From Lingula anatina (taxonomy: Eukaryota > Animalia > Brachiopoda), in contig CM120645.1 of NCBI GenBank assembly GCA_051362555.1, forward strand, positions 16,802,001 to 16,866,000: a stretch of DNA of 64,000 nt. Reading direction: 5' to 3'. Each line of letters opens with the position of its first letter. Within the stretch, counting starts at the first letter, position 1. The position numbers and the translations under genes were made by a program. Below the pieces are notes generated by a model, which was not told where the DNA came from, did no database searches, and saw only the letters and a list, made by a program, of their open reading frames with translations. Positions 14,701 through 29,264 of the stretch are shown here, piece after piece.

Positions 14701-15095
14701 CAAACATGCATACACACTGACAGACATTAGTCTATAAAACAGTGTGAGGAGATACTACTGAGATGACAACCTTGTTCTTGGGATCTCTCCAACACACTGC
14801 TAAAGGGTAGTTATTCATAAAAAAAATTTAAAAAATATACTCAAAGATGGAATTCTGCCAGTAAAACCCTCCAAGCAAATCCAGTCTCTAACACTACCCT
14901 TCCCAAAAGCACATGCATGCCAAAAAATGTGCACACAATCATGCATGCAAACACAAAATTTATCCACATTGAAAAGATTTTTTGATTGACTTATCCTTAC
15001 TGCCCCATTTTTCCAAACATGTACATTAAGTTTCCCGTGACAAATGCAAATATATTTTATGTACAAAACAATAAAGAAAAGTTATATTTATATAC

Positions 15096-15448
15096 CTCAA
15101 GTGTTGACAGCTTTGCCAGTAGATTCCTTTGTAGGTAAACTCTTTCCTTCAGAAACTGTTGACTATAGAAATAGTCCTGACTGTTCAGCACTTTCTCCCT
15201 CACGGAAAAGCTCACATTGAGAACTTTTTCAGGAACGTCAGTGTCATCTCGTATACTGATGATAAAGATGTCCTGAATATCTGCCGGGATGATGGTTCCG
15301 AGAGCTTTGATGAAGAAGTCGTAGAGAGGGGAGAGGAAGGCGGTCTCGTCCATCTCGTTAAGACGCACAGTGATGCTGTTTAACAACATGTCCTCTGTCA
15401 CCAACATCACTGAGAGCTGACAGGTGGCTGTGGCTTCATTCAAACCAT
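15096..15448 (-). CDS. CELSR: CELSR exon 2: end of last cadherin repeat and Flamingo box
   Basis: ccacag|AT GGT TTG AAT gives DGLNEATATCQLSVMLVTEDMLLNSITVRL...YLQRNLLAKLSTLE|gtata. 353 nt, phase 1 to 0, joins exon 1. Confidence 0.95.
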
Positions 15449-18400
15449 CTGTGGAAGGAAAAAAGGAATGTTTAAAATAAAATTGAATAAATATTTGTGG
15501 ATATAATGTATAATTTCATAAAAAGTAAGTGAGTAAAAAGAGAAGAGATAAGGTCAGATAATATATGTTAACTTTTTTTTTCATTTTATTCAATTAAATA
15601 TTGTTATGCATTTATTTTTCTCTTCATATATAATAACATATTCATAATGTTCTGCACAAGTAAAAGAGCATTGCTTATAAGTCCATTTTCTCTCCTCCCC
15701 TCCCAACTCCCCAATTCTGACACTTTCTAATTTTCTGTCCCAGTACCAGAGCATTGTGCACAAACTTAACCACATAAACGTACAGCCTATTTGAAGTCAT
15801 GCTACAATTTCAAGCCTGGATTCCCAACAAAATTGTCACCTTTATCGTTACGACAAATGCATTTTGTTCAACATCCTGAAGAACAAAACTTAGACGTAAT
15901 ACAATCTTGTGACATCACTTTTCCATCTGTAGGGAGCGTTGTTAATTAGCTCACTTAGTTCCATCATCTCTCACTTTACATACTTCTCCTGTGTCACAAC
16001 ACAGTTAGTGGTTGACACATTTTGTTCTCCAATTTTTTCTCTCTATATATATACCACAGTATACAAGACAACTGGGTTTTTTATCTGTGCAATATTTTCA
16101 TTAACTCTGAGGCACTTATATTATTGAATTATCACACCCATATTCAAACAACCTTAATTTTTCTTTTTTTCTTTCATTTTGGATTCAAAGTAAGCTCAAA
16201 AGATAAGTTCAAAAGATAATGGACAAACAATTTCTACACTAATACAGATTCATTCTCCCGAATGGAGGGTTTCAGCACTTGCTGAATAAATTTCCTGGAC
16301 AGCTCCTTTAACATGCATCAGCTCTGACATGCATTCACAAATAATAACTATGGTGATGTTTGGACGAATGACAAATAAATTAGAGTGTTTTTCAACAGTT
16401 CAGTTTAGCTGACAAGTCCTGCGGCACAATAAGTGCAAGTTCCATCAATTATGTTATGTGACAGCATGTTTGTTTGCAGCAGTTTTGTGCCAAAATACGT
16501 AAATAACAAATAATGCATTCACAGATGATGGTGCTAAGTTCTACACATGACATAATGCAGTTTATTTCCCTAGGGTATGTAGAAGGTTATATCATAAAGT
16601 ACTGCCAACTTTAAATTCTCTTTCCACTCTACAGTAGTGGAGCCAAACATACGACAATGGGTTGATTGCACAGGATAAATTTATTCCATCACATCACAGA
16701 GATATAATAAAACTTCTTGATTGTAACTGACATGTAAAATATTACTAACTAGTAATTACTCACTGAAAAAGTACTAACTCACTGAATGGAGATAATCATG
16801 AAATTTCCAAGAATAATTACACAGGCTGGACCCACCAAGGTGACACAGGTCCTACAAGTATGTCTAGAAGATGAGAACCCACACATCCTGTCTTCACATT
16901 GAGAATAGACCTGTCAGAAACACTTGAAAATGTTCATCACATATGACTGACCACACAGACTTCAGCCAATGTAGACAGATTTGAAAAGGCCCCATTACCA
17001 AACTCTCTTTCAAACTCCATATATTATTTCTTAATCTGTATACTTTTTGCAAAAAGTGACATTTTTTCATACAAGTGTTTGAATTCTCATCAAAGACATA
17101 GAGATAAAGATTGTGTTTCACACATGATCACTTTTAACCACAAATACTAAAATAAAAAGCCTTTCTAAGTACACTCCAGACCTCAATAGTTTCCTGTCAC
17201 TGTGGAGAAAAACATGTTGGTTAAGTGGATGATATTCCCTCTTAATCAGACAAAAGCACCTGGCTAAAAATGGCTTTCACTGTCTTTGTTCTTTAAGCTA
17301 TATTGGTTGAGTTAATGGCAATACAGACAACCACTGACAAATATGGTGATTATTCATTAATTTCAAGCAATAACTAATAAATCATATTCCCATATGTACA
17401 TGTCTTCTTACATAATTTAGTCATACTTCGAGATAATGAATTAAAGGCTGTTTTTCTAAAGTTTGGGTTCATGTCAAAAAGTACATATGTTTATATTAAT
17501 GGCAAATTTGTTAAATATAAAACACTGCGGAGAATGGTGTGTAAAAATTGAATTATCCACACTCTATATCAATAGACATATAGTAAAGCAAGTCAATTTG
17601 TATTGAACTGAGACAAATTCCCTCTTATTTCATATTTTCACTAGTGGGTCATCATGCTTATTTAGACTGTTTATAGGGTTAGAAATAAACTAATTGATTC
17701 TAGCTAAAAATACCATTTCAACAAGCACATTGTAATTTGTGTAATGACTGAGATCAGAGTGGCTTTATCCCTGTCTGGTCAAATATTCATCAAGATCATA
17801 GCAAAGGATCTGCTAACAAATCAGTGGTAACTTTTTCTGTAATTGAAACATAATATAACAGGCAGCACTATTTCAGTTACATCTTTGTTTTCTTACTTCA
17901 TCTAAACAGAGAGTTTTGCTCTAACAAATAAAAATTTTCATTTCTTTAAGCCATAATGATCATCTGAATCAAATGGTTTCACCCTATATGTAAGCAAACT
18001 TAACATATATAGACCATATAAATCATACAATACCTTTTAAATACTTAATGACACAAAGGCTTTGAAAATGGCATACAAACTGAAAAATGACCACAAATTC
18101 TTTGTATCACCTCCATAGTGTATAAAGCGTGAGAGTTCATCAAAACGTGTTTCACGCATGCATACACTCGTTGAACATGCTGCCCTGCTGGTGCTTTCAG
18201 GCAGTTTTATTTAAAACTAAAAACAGGCCTCGCTTGTGTCATATTATGATCACAGATCACAAACAGACCTTGCTGTCTCCAGACAGTTTAATATCAACCT
18301 TTATTTCAGTTTTTATTTCTTTGTCTCTCCCTCTTTTCTCTTTTTCTTCTTTTAAACATACAACTGTAATTTTGTCTTTTTCTCAGTCCAGAAAAGATTC

Positions 18401-19339
18401 TGCCTGTCTATATGAAGCTTAACACTGAGTATTAGTGTGAACCCAATGTCTCCTACAGCTATTGGAGCTATCATACTACTGTATCAAATGGACTCCCTGC
18501 TCAGTTTGCATACAGAGTTCTGATGAAACCCCTGACACTTCTCTTGATAAATTGCTCATTTTCTGCACCAACAATACTTTAATATGCATTTTATTCCATG
18601 CTTCAGAAAACATCAAACAAGTTGTCCAACATTTAAGAGAGCGAGAGAGCGCGTCCTCCATTTTCTTTTCAAATATGGGACCACTTAAAGCACATTAATG
18701 AAATTACACAAAATCTAACGTGACACTTTACTATTTTAGGGAATAGGGTCAAGAAAATTTTATGTAACTTCTTTATTGAAATAACTGCTATTTTATGCTT
18801 GCAACAAAGCTTATGGTCTATAGATCTTTAAGGCAAGATTCTGTGAAAGTGCAAATTTTTTGCTCCTGGCAAACTATGTGCTGGGATCATGTCATATTTA
18901 ACATTAAAATTTAAACATGTATCAGCCAGAATTCTTGTGAAAAGCATTTTGAAAAAAATCCTCTCCTTATAAAATCTTTAGAAAATCATGCAATCTGGGC
19001 AGCACTGTAAAAGTAACAAACAGAATCCAATATCCTGCTACAGTTATTACTAAAAAATGTCAAACACCTTTCCAAAAAAGAAAAATAATCATCTTTACAG
19101 TATGTTTATCATTTTTTCATTTCTCTTAAATATGTACTTTCTAAAATAAACTTAATTCACCTTGTGAATTTTTAACATCAAGTACCCCTAAAAAAGACAT
19201 GCAAGGCTTTAGACAGTATAAGTAATCAAATTACTTTGAACTCAGTGTGCAATTCCTGTAAACAGGTGCTCTGGTCTGTTGCTAAGCTGCCCACCCATGC
19301 TAATTCCTGTATCATATGCTTATCCTTAATTAATTGATA

Positions 19340-20568
19340 TTCAATTCAATTCAATTTATTTCTGTACTGGTACATAGATTGTCATGACCTTGTACAATAT
19401 GATATACTAATGACGATACAATACAGTTAGTGCATTACCATCTTTATATAATGGACATACGTATCAGTAAAATTACTCATAAAATATTCTATCTAAGCAA
19501 TGCGATAAACCTTGGTGTGATTTTAAATTTACCATAAACATACTATAAACATGTTACACAAAAAGAATATGTTTAAACTTAAACCAAGGTTACATAGCTG
19601 TTTAAAGCCAGTTTGATGACATGGATAATTACGACTAATGACAATTACATAAGACAGATAAGTAAATAAGTTACACAGATATAAATATTGTGCCATGTTC
19701 AGTCCCACTGCCGAGTCACTTCTCACAACAGTGGGACCATACACTGACATTTTAAGGGATATGCTAAGAGTTACCAAGCAGAGCAACTACTTCACTTCTT
19801 TTCTTGAATGATTTGATTATAAAGTTGGAGAGGGACACTAGAGTATCTTTTTTGGCACTGTTAAATACATGGCATAAATGACTGTCTGGTGACCTGGGAT
19901 CAGCTTTTAGGATTGAGGTTTTACTTAAAAAGGTGACTCTGTCTGTTTTGTACATTGGGCATTGGAATATAAAATGGTATTCATCTTCAATTACCCCTTG
20001 GGTGCACAGGCGACAGATTCTGTCGCATCTTTCAGTTTTTGGCCTGGTGTGCCGCCCAGTTTCGATGTGGAGTTTATGGTCACTAAGACGTAGTTTAGCA
20101 AGGGTTGACAAGGTGTCATAATTTGTTATTTTATCAACATAAGTTGCCCTTTCACACTCTTGGTTAAGTATACGGAAGAGAGACAATTTACTGTTGGCTT
20201 GAAGTTTGCTATTGCACATTTGGGTAAAGTGGTCAGTTTGTCTTTGTTTGAAAATTGTGGTGAAGTTTTTTGGAGGTGACTGGCTAAGCCACACATCTCC
20301 AAGGCCAAATGTGAAAAGGATTTTTCGGATACCCTCAGACCATGACATACAAGCTGGCCTGAGTGTGTGGACTGCGGGTGGGACATAAGGTGTCAGTAAC
20401 TTGTAACTATTTATCTCTTGTATGTATGCTTGTTTTATTAGTGTAGCATCAGACATTTGAATAATTTTACACCATAGTTGGACAGATGCAAACTGTATTT
20501 TGGTATAGAGGGGAAGGCGGCCAAGTTCAGTGTATACACCATAGTTTGATACATTTTGATGGAGGCCA
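19340..20568 (-). mobile_element. 5'-truncated non-LTR retrotransposon (RTE/RTEX-like), ORF2 C-terminus plus 3' UTR
   Basis: Open frame to stop at 19764 with VYTELGRLPL, KLRLSDHKLHIETGRH and RICRLC..EDEYHFIFQCPMY motifs. 3' AATAAA followed by an (ATTGA)n tail at ~19340-19360. 12-bp TSD AATTAATTGATA (19328-19339 and 20569-20580). Confidence 0.9.
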
Positions 20569-23500
20569 AATTAATTGATAAGATTGCATCACTTCCACTC
20601 ATTAGCAGTCATAATCCCAGCAGGATTCTAGACTTTATCTATGGGCTTAATTAATTCAATTACAGTATCTTGAGAGAGCCAAGGGATTACAGGCTGGTGT
20701 TTTAATTATGGGCAATATTGGGCATAATAACAATGCACTCAAATTGATACATACTTCAGGTTATGATTTCTTGGATCGAAATGAAATTGAAATGTTATGT
20801 AAGTATTTCTGTAGAGAAATACTTCCTATTAAAGATCTCTTCTTGTTTGATGTTGCATTGCATAATCTTCCTTTTCTGTCTTTACTTTCAATTACGGCAA
20901 ATGGGATGAGTTTTGGAAAGTGATATCTACTGACTATTTCTTCCTAATTTAAACTAAATGTTAACTCAATAATGAGAAATCAGAAATTAGCAAAATCTGG
21001 TTGCATTTTAGAAAAATTACTCACAGTAATACACAGTAACAGATACATTCACAATCAAGTAACGACCATTTAATTTTAAATGCTAGCGCCATCATTGGAC
21101 AGAACTAAACCAATGGCAGTGGGTGGGACAACAGAGGGATTAGATTGGCTCCTTATGGATAGAAATCCCAATAGCATGGAGCTGAGATAGCATGGTGCTA
21201 TAGTATTTATGACAATTAAACTGAAAATGTACCTTAACCATTCATTTTATGTAAATATTTTACTTAATATTTTTATTCAAGCTCAATTGGTAACCTGGAT
21301 AACTCCAACCGTTTGGTTGCAATGTTTCAAATAAACTTATTATCATCATTATTATTTTTATCATTTAATTTCCACCTGATCCAGAGCAACCCCAACATAT
21401 CATCTATCACTTACTTCAGACAAAACAACTCTCCAGAGCCTAAGAGAACATCAAAAACATGCTCAAGAAACCCAATGGTCATTGGAGTTTCAAAGATTTT
21501 TCCAACTACCAAAATTACATTGGAGAGATGGAGGAAATTAAACATTAGCACTATGAAACCCGGAGCACTTATTATTCACTGTATATATATCATACTGTAA
21601 GTATCATCACACAATAATTTGAGATAGAAAGTGGGTATCAGCCCAGTATCTACTGATATAATTATGGTCAGTGGGAAAAGATTCAGATAATAGCACTTCA
21701 CTGTCAACAAGATTAGTTAGCATATTATATGGATTGACCACTTTATCAAACATGTTGGCCATTTAACGGGTCAGAAAGCTATCTCCACTAATTTGGTCAG
21801 AGTTTTTGGACAGACCAGCAATAACTATGGTGGTCAGTCTTTCAGTGGTCTATTGTAATTTATTGGTGGTCTTTTAAGATTTTTTTCTTTAGGGCATCTA
21901 TAGAAAAGAATTAACTAAAAATCTTTGGTAAAAATATGTACATTGTTTTAAAAACAATAATAATGCTCCCTTGTCAAAGACCTGTAGTCTACTGAGACCT
22001 ACAAATGTTTTGTAAAAAAAATAACAATGCTGAGCAATCACTTATTTCACGCAGAAAACATCAACTGTCCAAAAATGATGTACACGTGTAATCTCCAAGA
22101 CATGTGGGACAGTACTTTACAAGTTCTTCCCATAAGGACACTTTCTTTGTCACTAGGGCATGTTATCACCTTCAGAGTGCTGTGCAAACATCCCTTGCTT
22201 CAACATGAACAGCCAGATTTTCAGATCGTGCCAATGGGAAGAGTGATCTCAGTTACAGTATGTTAAAATGTCCCATGACAACATATTATTATACAACATT
22301 TTTTTCTTTCTTGTTTATATTTCTTTTTTTCTCTGTGGAGAGAGGGGGATACTTACTTACTAAAAAAATTCAACTAACATTCAGGCTCACAGTGACTTAA
22401 AAGATTTTATTTTCTCAACAGAGTTCTAAAATGACCCCAAGTTCAAAATTCAAAGGAAACTCAATTTGCTGTCATCTCCTTCTGTATGTAGAAATGACAT
22501 ATTACACATGCGCCGTCACACACGAATAACGCATTTACAATGACATAAAGCATAGATTTTCCATTGACTAAAGTATATATATAGAATTATAATGTGCAGT
22601 CACACAAGCAAAATGGTTTCTGGTTTCTGGATCATTCTTTATCCTATTTTAATAAAACACTTGTCAGCCCAGTTGTGGGATGTGTAGAGGTGGACTCCTG
22701 CTGAGCTGGTGACTCCATCACTACTATGACATCAAACAGAATACTTCAAGTTTAAAATCAGTCATCTTCCTTGTGTAAAAATATCCATCTTGAGTGTCAT
22801 TTAGGCAAAACCCTTTTAAGCAACCATGATGTAAGCATCCACACGCCTGGTAAATATGTAAATTTTAACAGACCTTAAGCCAATATTTTCCTTTCAGTAA
22901 AAAGCAAATTGAGCCCTATGCTATCATCTATATGCATGGACATCAATTTAGCAGCAAATGAAAGTCTCACTTCCATTAGTCTGCCTTCTGCTTTTATCAC
23001 TAATTCACCATGAAACGCTCAGCGCAAATATCTTTTTTAGCAGTAATGAGTAACCGTAATGTAAAATCAATAAAATCAATGCAGCGGTACTGAAGAACTG
23101 GCGTTAAGATGCCATTACATCTGCACGTGTTACTGTATGTAAATGACAGACCAACAACTGGCAGAGCATGAACATCTTGAGGAGAGGGTGTACAGCTTAG
23201 GTGCCCTTCACACTGGGACTGGTAAACATCAACAAGAAAGAATAGCAGGGAGTCAGCAATCAGTCAGATTACATGGGGTCTCCTACAACACTGGTCCTAA
23301 GTTAGTTTGGCTACAAGAAGGACAAACCGATCGTGACGCCCTGGTGTAACTCCAAGAGAGACTCTCTGGACATTAACATCAGCATTTTCACCTAGTTTTG
23401 TAGTTTTGTCTCTGATAACAGTTCTTGAGTCATGACGCTAACTGTTCCATACTAGTATGCTATCAAACATGCAAAGCAAAAAGTTTTTCTAAATATGTTA

Positions 23501-26500
23501 TCACCCATTATAAATATCACCATCTTTCTAATGTGCAGCCATCATTTAATTTCTCAAAATAGCAATATTATTTGTTTGGATGGGTTGGCAACTCTTTCAG
23601 AATTCAAGGCACGTCTAGTTTGCATACACCCAAAAGAAGCATCCCAGAGAGCAGGTCAACTGTCTTTATTACTTTATTGTAAGGCGTAATCGTCCTACTT
23701 CAGATTAGATCCAATCTAAATCAAGTGCCACATTGTTAAATCTGCTCTTATTCACATATCTATAGGGTGGGAGGGTACAAGGCAATGAAAAACTCATCCA
23801 CAAGGTACTTGATATATCTAGAAATGCTGAATAGAAATATTTCTGCACTTCTGTTACAGTGGACATTTCTTTTACAGTATAATGGTCATAAAAGAGTGCA
23901 CAGGGCATTTTGCAGAATATCTATTTTTAAATGTTCTCAAATGAACTTCACCTAGGTATTTTTTAAACAAGTGAACTATTTTTTTAAGAAAATGAACTTC
24001 GGTTTGCCCTGATAGCATTAAAGGGGTAGGGTCAATACAAAGGTGATTTCTTTTAACAAGAAACATTCCAAATATCCCCAGCAGGGCTAAATGGTATAAG
24101 AGACAGGGCCCCTGGATGGTGTAATTAATAATGCACAGATCGATAGCAGTCTGGAGGGTCCTTGATAGTTATTGTTCCTGGAGTGAACTGCTCTTAACAC
24201 ACATATCCTTCTACACACAGTTTAGTTTGCTTAGCTCCTACACCATTCCTCAAAATCAATACAGTTAATCAGGTCATTTATACACTAGTTAGATGAAGCA
24301 ATTAATATTAAAGAGCTTGTGTGGCTGTTATCAGTAAAAAAGAAATGTGGATATTTTATTAGTATTCAATTGGTCAGTTTGGTAACAAAAAGAACCAATT
24401 ATAAGTGGACAGTTAAGACTGGTTTTATGACAAAAAATGTGTGTGATTTGTAAACCAGATTTGTTCGGTGCACCTACCATATGTGGCAGACTTTGATTAA
24501 GTAAAGGCACAACTTCTAGCTCTTTCAAAACCTTGTTACCACAGCTTGTCACATTGCGCACACAGCCTTCAGTCCATATTTGATAAATAACAAGTTTTCA
24601 TTAAAACAGAGAGAAGCAAAGAATTTCAATTAATCTTACTCTGCTTCAAGTTAAAAGGACTTTGATATATTTGCACTGATCCACTGAGTCCAAATTTCCA
24701 GACCAGAGTGGGCAATAACAAAGTTACTGACGTCTGTGCCAAAAAACAACCTTTGGCAGAAATAGTCTATTTTGACAGAAGTCATATTAATCCCGTAGTG
24801 CTTTACTTAATGCTCTATCCAATTTTTTAATGTACTTTATTTCATACAAACGATAGACCTAAAAAATGTCATTATGATATTCTACATACTTAATTCTAAA
24901 TTATTCAAGAAAACATGAAATCTTACACAAATGGACACATGTCACAAAACAATCAGCCAACAACATTTTGTTATATAGAGTTCTACTTCTTGAATCTCGG
25001 TTTCAAATGCTCAGGTACATTTAAGAAATGGCTATCGTAAGCCCAGGACCAGCAACACAGTTTACTGGTGACTTTATTCACTCAAATACCAGACCATAAT
25101 TATTCAGGGAAATAAAATGCCCTATCCATGGTTTTAAGCCACTCTGTTAATGTCCACTCTAGTTGACAAATCAAAATGTCCATTGCACACTCATCGGTCA
25201 CCTATAACCCTCCCCCCCTCAAGAGACTCACTAACGATATGCCATACCCAAACTGATGATCTCCATAAATGTCAGTGTAAGAAAGCCTATTTAAACAGAT
25301 TCCCTGTGTAATTCCATTTGGGGATTCTAATCAAATTCTTTGTGTGATATTTTTCACTTAAATGCCTCTCAGTAAATAGAAGTTAAGGAAATCGCTGAGG
25401 TGGGGATGCTGAGGCTTATGCTTGGGTTCTCCTATACACTGGAGACACATTTCAAAGAATATAAAACTCTTCACATAAAGTGTGTTCACATCAGGCCCAA
25501 GTAAAGACACCCGCTTGTGTTGAAATCACATCTAAACAAACAGAATGATTATGGGAAAAAAATCCCCAAATTTTAGCAAACTCAATTAATTATGTTTTCA
25601 GGCAAAAAGGGCTTTTGAAAAATAACTCCTAAAATATTGATTAAGAAATTTCAGAACAGTTCATTGGATTCAAGTCATATGGAACTTATCTATTTCCTAT
25701 TTACTTATTTCTTTATCCATTTATTTATTTTTGTGAGTACCCCAAAAAATCCTCAATCTGAAGTTAGTCAGCAAACAATGCTGAACATGGACTTCCACTG
25801 ATCAGATAATACCGAGTTGAAAATAAACCAAACACTGTCTGAACTGTTACCTCCATCAGCAATACTTGTCACATAATAATCACTATTATCACAGATCTGA
25901 ATACAAACACTGTCATTATGATAATCTAATCTATGATTACAACATTAGTTCACATTCCACTGATTACTCTAGTGGTATGCTCTTTCATGTTATTTTTAAG
26001 CTATTTCACTAAATTTTCTACTTGTTTAATGTATCTATTTGTTCAAAAAAGAGATTTGAAACCTAGCATCTATTAGGTAGGAAAGAAATATTGTAATATG
26101 AAATTATTGGCCAGTGCATCCAAGACAAAAAGAACATTAAAATTAATAATACCTACAAAAAAACTGATAATGTGCAACAATGTGAGTGTGTGCGTGTGTG
26201 TGTGTATGTGTGTGTGTGCACACATGAGAGCACACCCTGAGCCATACGTAAACTATAGACAAAAAGCACCAAAAAAGGAACATAAAACCTATTTGACATT
26301 ATCCGTGATGTACCAACAAGATAATATTTTTGTCTTTTCAGATGCAAGCAAAGAAATCCATCTGACACTGGATATAATAGACTCCCAGTTGGTTTGACAA
26401 AAATTATACGTCAACACACAACCAATCCCAGCCACGAGAAACAGAAAACAAGAATTTTTTTACCATTCATCACACTGTTGTCCATTTTTCCCAAAGAACT

Positions 26501-29224
26501 AAGGATACAAAACTATATTTTATAGTTTGAAATTTGCTTGAGTGATCACAAGAGTAATTTGAGGGTATTGATCTCCAAAACGAAAACCCATTAGTCCCAC
26601 AGCGTGTCCCCAGAGGCCGCACGCGTTCCCTTGAACTGACATAATTGTGATCTATGTGTGGGGAAATGTGCACCTTCATCATCGCAAACACCAGATGAAT
26701 CATGCACACAGACAATGGTCCTAGTAGACATACAATGATAGCCATGGCTGATGCTCTGCTACAATACTGACAGTTTATCCAGACTGCGATGAATTTTTCA
26801 TATAACTTACGTAGTATTCGTTTCACTGATTCACATATAAGTTGCATTCGAAGTATGTGCAACAATAAATGCATACATATCTAAAATAAAGGATAAGTGT
26901 TGAGGCCATAGTTCTTTGGATAATATATGTGTAAGAAAGAGATTTGTAGTAGTTGAAAAGCCAAACTTATTTACAGCACCAGGACCATTTTGCAAACAAA
27001 ATCTACTATGTTCAAAGCAGCTATTCAAACCTGACTTTCATGTTTGCACCTTCATAAAGCAAAGGAAAATCAACAACTTCAATCAGTAAACAGCATTCGT
27101 CACGACAAACTTTTCCCATGTAGTACACTACCTTCAATTCCACCCCCCCCCCCCCCCAATCACCACCCACACTCAAACTAATGAAACTTTGGTCACATTT
27201 CACATGAATTGGGGATCCCAAAACTTTTTGACCTAACTTGGTGACCCCATTATATACTGATGACAGTGACAAATGGCACTTTAACCATGGTCTAGTGTCA
27301 CTGAAAAGGAAAAGGCTATGCTACATACAAAATGCATCTTTCATGTAACAAGATTAAGGTAATACAGACTATTAACTTGATCAAGTCAATTCTACCAACT
27401 AACAGCGTTACTGAAGGGAAAAAAATATGTCGGCAGCAAACGCAAAGACAACCACTGGGTCTGCAGTAGCCTAAAATTGTATGTGTTATTCATCATCTCC
27501 TTTTCCTTTATTTGATTACTTCTTTCTTAAACATACACTTCATAATCTTGCCTTATCTTTTCCTTGCAATGATTTCCCTGGGGACAAATATATATCATCT
27601 TTTAAGTTGACATGCACCAATTAAGTTTTTTTTCCTTTTGCAGAAAACAAGTGTTTGATCTTCCGCTATCTATTCCTCTTTATATCTAACATTCTCTATC
27701 AACAACATTTAGTCATAAATATCTAATCAAATTTGGATGTGATAAAAAAATCTCTGGCGTGCAGATCCCGACAGGTTCATTTCTGATGACTCACGTTGTA
27801 AACTGCATTAAAGAAATGGCTCTCAGAAGATAAATTACACATGGGAAAAAGAAAGAAAATGAGTTGCTCAGCTCAAATATGATTACAACTTGTTCCTTGT
27901 TACCCCTCCAACACTTCCCCTCCCAGGTTCATCGACATGATCATGGCTCTCTCTACATATTCCTTGGCCAACTGTCAAATCCTCAATGTCTGTTTGATTT
28001 CTTTATAACACTGTGTACCTTACTAAGTAAGCTAAAGTAACACTCTTTTGAACTTATTTATTGATCTAAAGTAATATGAGATTGGTCTTAAGTTTTGGTT
28101 ACAAGTTTGAACATGATTGAATGTGCTGATGGTAGGAAAAAATTGAAAATCTTGTAGCATACAGTTTATTTTAGCATATGGCCTATGAATTCTGGGGTTA
28201 AATTCTCAAAAGTATTTAAACACTTCAAAATATTCAATTACTTTTCAGAGCTGAATTCACACATTTACTTAGTTTTTTAAATCCCAATAAATATTATCAT
28301 TATCAATTGTCCAAAAGCCGAAGGCATTACAGGGGTTCCTGATGTAATTTGGTCATATGCTTTAGTCAATTTCAGGACAACCTAAGATTGAATGAGAACA
28401 AGATTTGGGTCACTTTGGACATTTGAATACATAACTATAAAAGCTTGTTTAATTCCCTCTTGAACTAACGCCACATCGCTTTAACTAATGTTTTTTAAAA
28501 CATTCTGCTTACAATACCATAGTTCCAACTCTATGCCAGATCACATTTACCTAGATATCTCATATAAGGCAAACTATTAGTTTCTACATTTCGATCTAAA
28601 TTACAGGCACTGTGTCTCAGTAAGGAAACCCGTAATGTCAGTAATTTGTTTCAAATTTATCAAGTGTGAGCCATTATACCTATATTAAACATGTAAATTA
28701 AGTACAAGCACAATTTACAGGTTATTCAGGATAGGCACATTTGTGGTGTTTTTTGAGGAAAAGTCTTTGAAATGCGTTGCTCTTATGGACAACAGGCAAA
28801 ATGCCTTCTCATCTCATGAACAGGGATGGGATGAAAGAATGTGAAATACCCCACCCCCAACCTGACACCCCTGCTTATTGATCAATTCACACAAAAACTC
28901 TCTTTCACACACAAAAACGATAAAACTGCCAAAAAAAAAAAAGAGTAAAAATCACGTCCCTAAGACTGTATACATGATACTTGAATGTGAATTCCAGTTT
29001 CAAGTATAAGCATCATACATTGTGAAGGTCTACAAATCATTATGTTTTATCAATACAAGCATTAACTATCAATACAAACATTAGCTATAGGTACATATTA
29101 GTCTCTGTATGTCTTTTAAGAAAAGTCAAGGTTTGACTATCATGAAAAGAGAGGGGGGACTAAGGATTGAGATGCCTGTGAAGAAAGCCATAACCGTCTA
29201 CCTGGGAAGCCACCTGGGCCTGTA

Positions 29225-29225
<1 letters not shown>

Positions 29226-29261
<36 letters not shown>
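29226..29261. repeat. (CA)n microsatellite
   Basis: Direct reading. Confidence 0.92.

Positions 29262-29264
<3 letters not shown>

Noticed and set aside
20683-20694. GGGATTACAGGC resembling an Alu fragment
   Set aside because: Twelve-base coincidence in a non-primate sequence, with no flanking similarity.
26470-26874. 134-aa minus-strand ORF in CELSR intron 1
   Set aside because: No recognisable motif or convincing splice sites, and exon 1 joins exon 2 without it. It could be a TE relic but I cannot support that.
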